Of a stretch of DNA of 64,000 nt, positions 17,552-25,452 are shown in pieces. Location of the stretch: positions 2,624,001 through 2,688,000 of the forward strand of contig CBDCXR010000004.1 of NCBI GenBank assembly GCA_965223845.1, given 5' to 3'. A model generated the notes under the pieces. That model made no database searches and had not been told where the DNA came from. It was given only the letters and a program-made list of their open reading frames with translations. The translations under genes were made by a program, and so were the position numbers. The DNA comes from Planctomycetota bacterium (GTDB lineage Bacteria > Planctomycetota > UBA8108 > SXIK01). The stretch's first letter is position 1. Each line of letters begins with the position of its first letter.

Positions 17552-19549
17552 ATGAGGGTGAAATCACTGTCTTTGATCGCCGCTCTGGTGTTCGCCGCGG
17601 GTGTGGCGAGAGCGGATCTCGTGAGCTACTTCAGCATGGACGGGAATCTCCTCGACAGCACGTCCGGGAACGACGGGACCTACAACGGTGGCGCGGAGAC
17701 CTACGTCCCTGGCTTCGACGGCACCGCCGGTGGTGCGGTCAGCTTCGACGGCGCGAGCTACGTCGAGCTCGCTGCGACCGTCGGACTTCCGCTCACCGAC
17801 AACGCGGCCTTCTCGGTCGCGATGTGGGTGAAGGGTCCCGCCCAACCCGATCGGCGCGTCTTCTCCGAAGGCAGCGACACGAGCAACACACCTCTCTACA
17901 ACATCGGAACCGACAACACCGGTGAGACCGGCGCGCTCGATATCTTCATTCGCCGGGACCCGAATAACGGTACCGCGATCGGACACCTCAAGCGCGGCAA
18001 CGCGTTCGACGACGACTGGCACCACATCGCTGTGGTCGACGACAACGGCGCGATGACGCTCTACATCGACGGCGTCCAGCACGGGGGCGTGGTCAACTAC
18101 ACGCGCGAGCCTCTCACGACCAACATCACGACGATCGGCGGAATCCTTCGCGCCGCTCCATGCTGTCTCTACACCGGTGCGATCGACGAGGTGTACCTCT
18201 ACGATCATGCACTTTCGGCGGAAGAGGTCCTCGCGCTCGCCGTGGCTCCCGACACCTGTGCGGCGGAGGGGGACACGACGTGTGACGAGGTCACGGTCAC
18301 TCCGCCCGAAGGTGGCGGCGCCGGACAGTACACGATCGGTGCAGCGGCAACCGATGGCGACGGCGACACCGTCCTCTACACGTACATCGTGACTGGACCT
18401 GGTGGCGAAGAAATCGCCTACGTCGGCCCCACGACCGACGCCTCGATTCAAGTGTCCCTTGCGGATGAGGGAACCTACGATGTCGCGGTGATTACCGATG
18501 ACATCCTGATCTGTCGGGACGCTGCCGGGGTGTGCAACACGACGATCGACGTCGTCCTCGATCCCCCGCGGATGGTCTCCCACTGGACCTTCGACCGCAC
18601 GCTCGAAGACGCGACCGAAGCCGATAACGATGGCACCTACCTCGGCGCCGGCTCTGCGCCTTACGCTCCGGGTTGGAACTGCGCCGATGGCCAGTCGGTC
18701 CGCTTCAATGGCTCTGACGGAATGGTCCGTGCGGCGACGAATGATTCGCTCCCGATCTACAACAACCCGAATTACTCGGTCGCGATGTGGGTCAAGGGCC
18801 CGACGAACCAGCGGGACATGCGCGTTTTCTCCGAGAGCAACACGCAGGGAAACAACAACCCGCTCCTCAATATCGGGACCGACTCCGCTCCCACCCCGAC
18901 GGGCGTCGTCGACATCTTCATTCGGAACGACAGCGGCGCCCAGTCGGTCGCGCACGTGAAGTCGACGGGCGTCGCGTTCGACGACACCTGGCATCACATC
19001 GCGTGGGTCGACGAGAACGGAAACGCACGTCTGTACATTGACGGTGTCCAGGATGCGACCGATTTCACCTACACGCGCGGGGCGCTCACGATCGACTCGA
19101 CGACGATCGGCGGAATCCTCCGCGGTGGACCGTCGCACTGGTTCACCGGGCGGATCGACGACGTTCGCGTCTACAACTACGGGCTCTCGACGGAGGAAGT
19201 CGAAGCGCTGGCGGCGACTCCTCCGGACTGTCCCGAGGTCAGCCAGATCGCGGGCGACTGCAATGGCGACGGCGATGTCAACGTCGCGGATGCCCTCTGC
19301 TACGTGAAGGTCCTCTTCCCCGGCTTCCTGATCCTCTCCTCGTCGCAGGCGGCGCCCTGCGACGGTGACGCGGGATCCGCCGGGAACGTCGCCGTTCTCG
19401 ACGTCGATGGCAACGGCGGAGTCGGCATTCCCGACGTTATCGCGCTGGTTCGCTACCTCTTCGACGGCGGCGCTCCGCCGGCCCAGGGCACGGGTTGCTT
19501 CCCGGTGCTGGAGTCGGCGGGATGCCAGAGCTCGGCTTCCTGCATGTAG
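17552..19549 (+). CDS. Secreted protein with two LamG-like domains, one Cys/Asp-rich repeat and a C-terminal dockerin-like domain
   Basis: AAGGAGG RBS before ATG 17552; signal peptide MRVKSLSLIAALVFAAGVARA. Two LamG units, repeat CAAEGDTTC..DDILICRD at ~18257-18556, GDCNGDG..DVDGNG. Confidence 0.9.
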   Translation: MRVKSLSLIAALVFAAGVARADLVSYFSMDGNLLDSTSGNDGTYNGGAETYVPGFDGTAGGAVSFDGASYVELAATVGLPLTDNAAFSVAMWVKGPAQPDRRVFSEGSDTSNTPLYNIGTDNTGETGALDIFIRRDPNNGTAIGHLKRGNAFDDDWHHIAVVDDNGAMTLYIDGVQHGGVVNYTREPLTTNITTIGGILRAAPCCLYTGAIDEVYLYDHALSAEEVLALAVAPDTCAAEGDTTCDEVTVTPPEGGGAGQYTIGAAATDGDGDTVLYTYIVTGPGGEEIAYVGPTTDASIQVSLADEGTYDVAVITDDILICRDAAGVCNTTIDVVLDPPRMVSHWTFDRTLEDATEADNDGTYLGAGSAPYAPGWNCADGQSVRFNGSDGMVRAATNDSLPIYNNPNYSVAMWVKGPTNQRDMRVFSESNTQGNNNPLLNIGTDSAPTPTGVVDIFIRNDSGAQSVAHVKSTGVAFDDTWHHIAWVDENGNARLYIDGVQDATDFTYTRGALTIDSTTIGGILRGGPSHWFTGRIDDVRVYNYGLSTEEVEALAATPPDCPEVSQIAGDCNGDGDVNVADALCYVKVLFPGFLILSSSQAAPCDGDAGSAGNVAVLDVDGNGGVGIPDVIALVRYLFDGGAPPAQGTGCFPVLESAGCQSSASCM

Positions 19550-19580
19550 AGAGCCGATCGCACGGATCAGCTCCGGCTTG

Positions 19581-19622
19581 AAGGAGGGGTGGACCCGCCC
19601 GGGTCCACCCCTCCTTTTATTT
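19581..19622 (+). terminator. Intrinsic (rho-independent) terminator
   Basis: Perfect 16-bp stem AAGGAGGGGTGGACCC-GCCC-GGGTCCACCCCTCCTT followed by TTATTT, between convergent genes. Confidence 0.85.
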
Positions 19623-19667
19623 CGCGCGGACCGAAATGGCGGGCGAACCCGGCGCCTCAGACGGCCA

Positions 19668-21551
19668 TCATCGCTCCGACTGTCTCAGCTCGTGGAGTTT
19701 CCCGAGCTCGAGCGCACCGAAGCCTTGAGGCTCCTTCTCTCCCGGCCAGATCACGCGAACCTCGTCCACCGCGGTCGCACTTCCGAGACCGAAGGTGAGC
19801 GTCAGCTCGACTTGAGCGAGATAACTCCGAGTCGGCATGACGACGAGTCTCTGCGTCACTCCGCCGGCATCGACTTCGACCCGCGCGCCGATCGCGTCGC
19901 GATTCGGCGCGCGTCCGAGGAGCCGAATTCGAAGCCATGCGTTGTCGTCGCTTCGATCATTTCGGAGAAGAAGCGGACGCCCTCGCGTCTGTGTGATCAC
20001 GAGGTCGAGATCGCCATCCGCGTCGAAATCGCCGTACGCGGCGGCTCGACCGACGACGGGCACTCCGAGATCGCCCGCCGACGCAAGATCGACGGGAACG
20101 AATGCGCTCGGGAACTCCGGCCCGCAATTCCAGAAGAGCTGCGACGGCTGCCGGTACTGCTGACTCGGTTGCACCTTGTTGATCTCGTCCTCGAGGTGGC
20201 CGTTCGTTTGAAAGAGGTCCTGGCGCCCGTCCAGGTCGTAGTCGAAAAAGAAGAGCCCGAAGCTCAGCATCTTCCGGCTCACCGGACCAATTCCCTCCGC
20301 GATGGCTTCGTCGCTGAACAGCAGCTCCCCCCCCTCGGAGACGTAGAGGGAGCTCATCTCCGTCGCGAAGTTGCCGACGCCGATTCCGATCGTGTGGTCG
20401 CCTCGATAGTAGGCTGCGTCGATGCCCATCGCCCCCGTGGCCGCTCCGGCGGCGTCGTACGCCACTCCGACGACCCCTCCGATCTCCTCGAAGGATCCGT
20501 CGCCGCGATTGTGAAAGAGGAAGTTCCTCACCGTGTCGTTCGCGACCATCACGTCGACAGCGCCGTCGCCGTCGAAATCGAAGGGAAGAATCGCGAGAGC
20601 TTTGGCCACCGGGGCTCCGGTCGCGGAGTTTTTTTGATGAAAGCCCGACTCGGCCGCTGCCTCCTCGAATGTTCCGTCGCCTCGGTTTCGGTAGTAGTAC
20701 GGCTGAGTTCCCGCGAAATGCGTCGGCGGACCGTAGGCGCGACCGATCCCGGTGAGCTGAAAACCGATTTCCGCGTCGAGCTCCGGCGACCATTCGACGT
20801 AATTGCACACAAAGAGATCGAGATCACCGTCGCCGTCGCCGTCGAAGAATCCCGCGCTCGTGCTCCACGTGCCGGAGTCGCCCGCTACGCCCGCCGTTGC
20901 GGTCGCGTTTTCAAATCGCCCGCCTTCATTGCGAAAGAGAACGTTGGCGAACACCGAGGTCACAAAAACATCCGGGTCGCCGTCGGCGTCGTAGTCCCCT
21001 ACCGCGGCGCCCATGCCGTAGAGGGAGTACGAGAGACCGGATTCGCGCGTCACGTCGGTGAATTGTCCCTTTCCGTCGCCGCGGTAGAGTCGGAGGGAAG
21101 ACCGAGCGCCGGAGCCGGGATCCGCGGGCACGAGCCCGTCGGATTCCGACCAACGCCGCGCGTTTACGAAGAGGATGTCGAGCGCGCGGTCACCATCAAA
21201 ATCAAATACCGCGCAGCCGGGTCCCATCGTCTCGGGAAGGAGTTTCTCCCCCGTCGCGCCGTTTTCGTGAACGAAGTCGATCCCGGCGCTCGCGGTCACA
21301 TCGGTGAATCGGACGGTCGGCGGTTCGGACGCGCGGACCTGGCCTCGAGGAAGCACGGTCACCGAAGGGTCGATCGGCTCGGGTTCGGGTTCGTAGAGGA
21401 CGATCCCGACAACGACCGCGGCGATCGCGGCGAGAATCAATACGGCGATGAAGCTCACCTTGAGGGCGCGTGCGATCGCCTCGTCATCCCGGCGCGGGGG
21501 GCTCTCACCCGGCGCCGACGCGTCGGGGATCGAAGAGTCGTTCTCGGTCAG
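19668..21551 (-). CDS. CRTAC1 family protein (FG-GAP/VCBS repeats + ASPIC/UnbV domain), N-terminal membrane anchor
   Basis: FTDVT..AGI, LPETMG.G, repeated D(F/Y)D.DGD.D, NGHLEDEI, NRDAIGARV, RSYLAQ..L.FGLG. Start uncertain: GTG 21458 or in-frame CTG 21551. Confidence 0.9.
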   Translation of the reverse strand: MTENDSSIPDASAPGESPPRRDDEAIARALKVSFIAVLILAAIAAVVVGIVLYEPEPEPIDPSVTVLPRGQVRASEPPTVRFTDVTASAGIDFVHENGATGEKLLPETMGPGCAVFDFDGDRALDILFVNARRWSESDGLVPADPGSGARSSLRLYRGDGKGQFTDVTRESGLSYSLYGMGAAVGDYDADGDPDVFVTSVFANVLFRNEGGRFENATATAGVAGDSGTWSTSAGFFDGDGDGDLDLFVCNYVEWSPELDAEIGFQLTGIGRAYGPPTHFAGTQPYYYRNRGDGTFEEAAAESGFHQKNSATGAPVAKALAILPFDFDGDGAVDVMVANDTVRNFLFHNRGDGSFEEIGGVVGVAYDAAGAATGAMGIDAAYYRGDHTIGIGVGNFATEMSSLYVSEGGELLFSDEAIAEGIGPVSRKMLSFGLFFFDYDLDGRQDLFQTNGHLEDEINKVQPSQQYRQPSQLFWNCGPEFPSAFVPVDLASAGDLGVPVVGRAAAYGDFDADGDLDLVITQTRGRPLLLRNDRSDDNAWLRIRLLGRAPNRDAIGARVEVDAGGVTQRLVVMPTRSYLAQVELTLTFGLGSATAVDEVRVIWPGEKEPQGFGALELGKLHELRQSER

Positions 21552-24370
21552 GGTTCCTCTCCTTCCGCTAGCGGGAGCTCGTATGCGCCGTCGCGCTGCA
21601 GATCGTAGATGACGACCGACTCCGCCGCGTGATCCGCCGCGGGGTTGGCCGCGCGGTGCCGAGCGACCGCCCGGTCGCGCGCGTTGTCGTCGGGTTTGTA
21701 CTTCGCGTGGAGAGTACGGTGACGTGCGGCACCGTCGGCGTCGCCCATTCGGGCCAAGATGAGCGACAGATTGTAATGCGCGGCGACGTTCTCTGGGTCT
21801 AGCGCGAGCGTTCGCTCGAAAAGATCCACCGCGCGCTGCAAATACGCGTCACGCCTTTCCCGCGCGGCCTCACCTCGCTCGCGCTTCGAGCGCTCGAAGA
21901 GCGTCTGGCCGAGCTCGTTGAGCGCGCGATAGTCTTCGCCGAAGTCGAACCCACGTCGGCGCGCCTCGGGATAGCGAGTTCCGATGACGGCCGAAAAGTT
22001 TTCGATCGCATCGTCCAGGTGTCCGTTTTGCTTGTTCACGATGCCCGTGAACCAATCGACCGACCACGGATAGGCCGGCGGATCGTGGTCGGCGGCCCGC
22101 CGGAGCGCAGCTACCGCGTCGTCGAGCCGCCCTTCCTTGATGTAGACGCGAGCGAGGTTGAGCGGTCCCTCGGGTCGACCGAGTGCTTCGACGCGCTGGA
22201 AGGCCACCTCGGCTTGCCTGAGCTCGCCCTTTTGCGAACCCTTGCTCCCTTTTCGAAGGAGTCCGATCCCGTAGTCGTTCCACCTCGTCCAAATCGGAAG
22301 CGACGGAGGCTGTCCTTCGAGAGCCGACGCCTCGGCGCCGCCGACTCCAAACGTCACCGTGTCGGTCGCGAGAGTCACGATCGGGAGCTCATTCACGAAC
22401 TCCGGACCGTAGATGTGCTGGAGGAGCGCGGTGTCGAACTTTCGGTATTGGAGCGCAACGTCGACCGTGATTCGCTCCGAAGCCGCTTCGGGCACCGTAA
22501 ACGCGAAATGGACGACGTCCGACGCACCCGGCGGAATCTGGTGGTTGTAAAGCGCGACGGCGATGTCTTCGGGGTTTCGGCGATCGATTCGATTTCCCTC
22601 GAGGTCGAGGACGTACGAGTTTACGAAGTGAGACCACGGATCGACCGCGCCGTCGTCAGCGCGACCGCCACTTCGTCCGATGACTCGAGCGCCTTCGCGA
22701 ACGACGACGTCGAGCCAAACCTCGTTCGAGTCGGCGGTCCCTTCCGTAAAGAGGTGGCCCATCGTGAGCGTCCGAAGGACCGTCTCGACGAGGTAGCGGC
22801 GACCCGGAACGAGCGCCGGCGACTCGGGCCGCACTGGTGCGACGAGCGCTCCGTCGATCGTTCCGCCCTCCTTGATGCCGAAGATGTCGACGCTCATGAC
22901 GCCCTCGAGGAACTCGCGGTGGCGTTCGTTGACCGAGTCGGGGAGCCCCAAGAGATGGGGTACGCCCGTATTCGCCGACGGAAACTGATGTTCGTGGATC
23001 TTGAGAACGCCCGAGTCGTCGAAAAAACTCGCTCCGAATTCGTCGGCTTCACGGAGCGGCATGTGGCATCCGTTACAGTTCGCTTCGGCTTCCGGCGGAT
23101 AGTAAAAGCTCTGCGCGCCGTGCCCCGACACGCCGCTCAAGTGGTAGGAGTCGTAGTGATTCTGCCCGCGCAGCCACTTGTACTGATTGAGCTCCTCCGG
23201 GAGGTGCACCTTGTGACAGGTTCCGCAGAATTCCGGCGAGCGATGGAACGGCTTGAGGAACGTCTTCTTGTGGAACGCGGGCTTCGCCTTGATGAGCTGA
23301 TGGTTGATCCACTTGAGAAACGCGTTGTCACTGAAAGCGAACGGGTACTGCGCCGGATTCTCGATCGTGTAGTCGCCGTTCCCGCGCACGCTGTTGAGAT
23401 GCGTAATCGCGTGGCAGCTCGAGCAGGTGATCCCAGCGTGTGCGGTCGGATGCGATTCGTCGTCGAAGTTGGGGTCGTCGAACGCGCCGCTGAAGAAAGG
23501 CACCGGGTCGTGGCAACCCGCGCAGAAGCGCGACGCCTGAACGTTGCCGTCGCGCTCGAGCATCGCCTTTCGCGTATTCCGGACGGAGAAGAGATACACC
23601 GGATTGTTGAACGAGCTGAACCGGTGAACGCTGTTCGACCATCCGGCGTGGACTTCCGGGTGGCAATCGAGACAGTACCGGTCCCGCATCAATGCCTCGG
23701 CGGGGATGAAGTTCCCGTCGGAGGTCCGCGCGAGCGAAGGAAAGAAGTACTCCTTCGACGATTCGGGTCCCTCGATATTCCACTGGCGAGGATCCTGCGA
23801 GTGAAGAAGGACCATGAGGAGCGCGAAGATCGCGGTGGCTCCGGCGAGCAGCGCCCCGACGCGCCACCGAATCGGTGGGCCCGCGAGGCGGTGGAGGATG
23901 AAGAGCCACGCGACGGCGATCGGACTGAGGACGTGCGCCCAGTACGCCGCGCTCCGCACCGTCGGGTTCTTCACTTCGAGAACGCCTTCGATGCGGGTGA
24001 GTACGATGCCGCTCGCGACGAGGACGAGCGACGCGGCGAAGAGCGCGTAGCCGACTCGGACCGCGAGCCGGTTCGGCCGATGGCGCGCGCAGCGAATGTG
24101 GATCACGCCGAAGACGACGACCGGAACCACCAGCAGGAACCCGAGTGCGAGGTGCGCGAGAAACATGTACTGGTAGAAGTAGTTCTGGATCGTCTCGCCC
24201 GAAATCCACTCCGCGAGAGTCACGCCGACGAGGTAGACGCCGTTCATCGCGAGGAGCGAGAAGAGCGTGAGGACGACGTAGAGGAGCACCCGGAGCCGCG
24301 GCCCGACTGCCGGCACGTACGCCGGCATCTCGAACGGCGTGGGGCGATCGGTTGGGGATGGCTCGGGCAT
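21548..24370 (-). CDS. Membrane-anchored multiheme c-type cytochrome (5 CxxCH) with C-terminal TPR repeats
   Basis: About 5 N-terminal hydrophobic helices. CLDCH, CAGCH, CSSCH, CGTCH, CNGCH; WNDYGIGLL and TPR-like helices (ALNELG, AAHYNLS). ATG 24370 preferred. Confidence 0.88.
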   Translation of the reverse strand: MPEPSPTDRPTPFEMPAYVPAVGPRLRVLLYVVLTLFSLLAMNGVYLVGVTLAEWISGETIQNYFYQYMFLAHLALGFLLVVPVVVFGVIHIRCARHRPNRLAVRVGYALFAASLVLVASGIVLTRIEGVLEVKNPTVRSAAYWAHVLSPIAVAWLFILHRLAGPPIRWRVGALLAGATAIFALLMVLLHSQDPRQWNIEGPESSKEYFFPSLARTSDGNFIPAEALMRDRYCLDCHPEVHAGWSNSVHRFSSFNNPVYLFSVRNTRKAMLERDGNVQASRFCAGCHDPVPFFSGAFDDPNFDDESHPTAHAGITCSSCHAITHLNSVRGNGDYTIENPAQYPFAFSDNAFLKWINHQLIKAKPAFHKKTFLKPFHRSPEFCGTCHKVHLPEELNQYKWLRGQNHYDSYHLSGVSGHGAQSFYYPPEAEANCNGCHMPLREADEFGASFFDDSGVLKIHEHQFPSANTGVPHLLGLPDSVNERHREFLEGVMSVDIFGIKEGGTIDGALVAPVRPESPALVPGRRYLVETVLRTLTMGHLFTEGTADSNEVWLDVVVREGARVIGRSGGRADDGAVDPWSHFVNSYVLDLEGNRIDRRNPEDIAVALYNHQIPPGASDVVHFAFTVPEAASERITVDVALQYRKFDTALLQHIYGPEFVNELPIVTLATDTVTFGVGGAEASALEGQPPSLPIWTRWNDYGIGLLRKGSKGSQKGELRQAEVAFQRVEALGRPEGPLNLARVYIKEGRLDDAVAALRRAADHDPPAYPWSVDWFTGIVNKQNGHLDDAIENFSAVIGTRYPEARRRGFDFGEDYRALNELGQTLFERSKRERGEAARERRDAYLQRAVDLFERTLALDPENVAAHYNLSLILARMGDADGAARHRTLHAKYKPDDNARDRAVARHRAANPAADHAAESVVIYDLQRDGAYELPLAEGEEP

Positions 24371-24711
24371 GCTGGGTCGACGAGTTCCAGGAACTACGAA
24401 GAGCTCGGAGCCCCGGTCGCGCGCGGGGTGCTTCGAGATCGGCGGATAGTCTACACGCAACCGTCATGCCGAGAATCAGCGCCCGGTCGCGCGATCGAAG
24501 CGGACGAGTGTAGCCCGCCCCCGCCACTCGATTCTACTGCCCGCGGCGCCATGCGAACTCGATCGGGTCGGCGCTCGATCGAGGATCACGGTCGAAACGC
24601 GCTCGCTCTCGAGTATCGGAGACCCGATCGACCATCCACGATCTGGCCACCGGCTCGCGGTTGCAAAGGGTGACCCCCGCGCGCAGACTGCGCCGGAAAG
24701 GAGAGCGAGCG

Positions 24712-25383
24712 ATGCGAATCACTTGGTACGGGCATGCGGCCTTCTCGGTCGAGGGACAGAACCGCGCGGGCAGAGGGATCAAGATCATCCTCGATCCGTA
24801 CAATTACCCCGAGTGCGGCGGATACCTCCCGATCGACGAAGCCGCGGATATCGTCTCCGTGAGTCACGACAACCCTCGATACCACTCGGACACGTCGTCG
24901 ATCCGCGGCGAGTTCGATCTCTCCGAAGCGCTCGCGTTCGCGGGGAACAGACGGACCCTACGCGGAGTCGAGTTCGAGTCGATCGAGGTCTACGAAGACG
25001 CGGAGACCTCGGGGCCGAATGCGATGGTGAAGTTCGAGCTCGACGGAATCACCGTCGCGCACCAAGGGGATCTCGGGCACGCGCTCGACGGAGATGCGCT
25101 CGAGTTTCTGCGCGGCGTTGACGTTCTCCTCGCACTCGCCGGAGGTTCGCCGACGATCGGGCTCGATGACTTGCGGAACGCCATCGCCGCGACCAAGCCG
25201 CCGATCGTGATCCCGATGCACTACCGAACGCCGAAGGTGAATCTCGACCTGCTTCCCGTCGAAGCCTTCCTCGAAGCCTGCGTCGGACTCGAGATCGTAC
25301 GCGCGAATTCGACCTCGCTCGAAGTCTCGCGCGCAACATTGCCCGAATCGACGCGCGTCGTAGTTCTCGATCACGCCCGCTAG
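24712..25383 (+). CDS. MBL-fold metallo-hydrolase (Lactamase_B_3-like)
   Basis: AAAGGAG RBS. MRITWYGHAAF, ILDPY, HQGDLGH, VIPMHY; the metal motif is atypical (SHDNPRYH). Confidence 0.85.
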   Translation: MRITWYGHAAFSVEGQNRAGRGIKIILDPYNYPECGGYLPIDEAADIVSVSHDNPRYHSDTSSIRGEFDLSEALAFAGNRRTLRGVEFESIEVYEDAETSGPNAMVKFELDGITVAHQGDLGHALDGDALEFLRGVDVLLALAGGSPTIGLDDLRNAIAATKPPIVIPMHYRTPKVNLDLLPVEAFLEACVGLEIVRANSTSLEVSRATLPESTRVVVLDHAR

Positions 25384-25452
25384 CGCTGCGGTTCGCTCCC
25401 GTTCCTCGTTCCCACTCCGCTTCCCGATACGGCAGCGGGTGATCGATCGAGC

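Noticed and set aside
13753-19549. LamG and Cys-rich repeats as a possible diversity-generating retroelement or CRISPR-like array
   Set aside because: The repeats are in-frame protein domains diverged at synonymous sites. There is no adenine-specific TR/VR pair, reverse transcriptase, cas gene or repeat-spacer periodicity.
3651-19549. Classical cellulosome interpretation
   Set aside because: No glycoside hydrolase catalytic domain or canonical cohesin is recognisable in the window; only the dockerin-like tags are supported.
22019-24673. 884-aa plus-strand ORF, and similar long shadow ORFs (1859-3652, 10962-13268, 15664-17553, 19365-21608, 44490-46169, 59896-61518, 61359-63212)
   Set aside because: They lie antisense to motif-rich genes, have no recognisable motifs, and are expected when TTA/CTA/TCA codons are rare on the coding strand.
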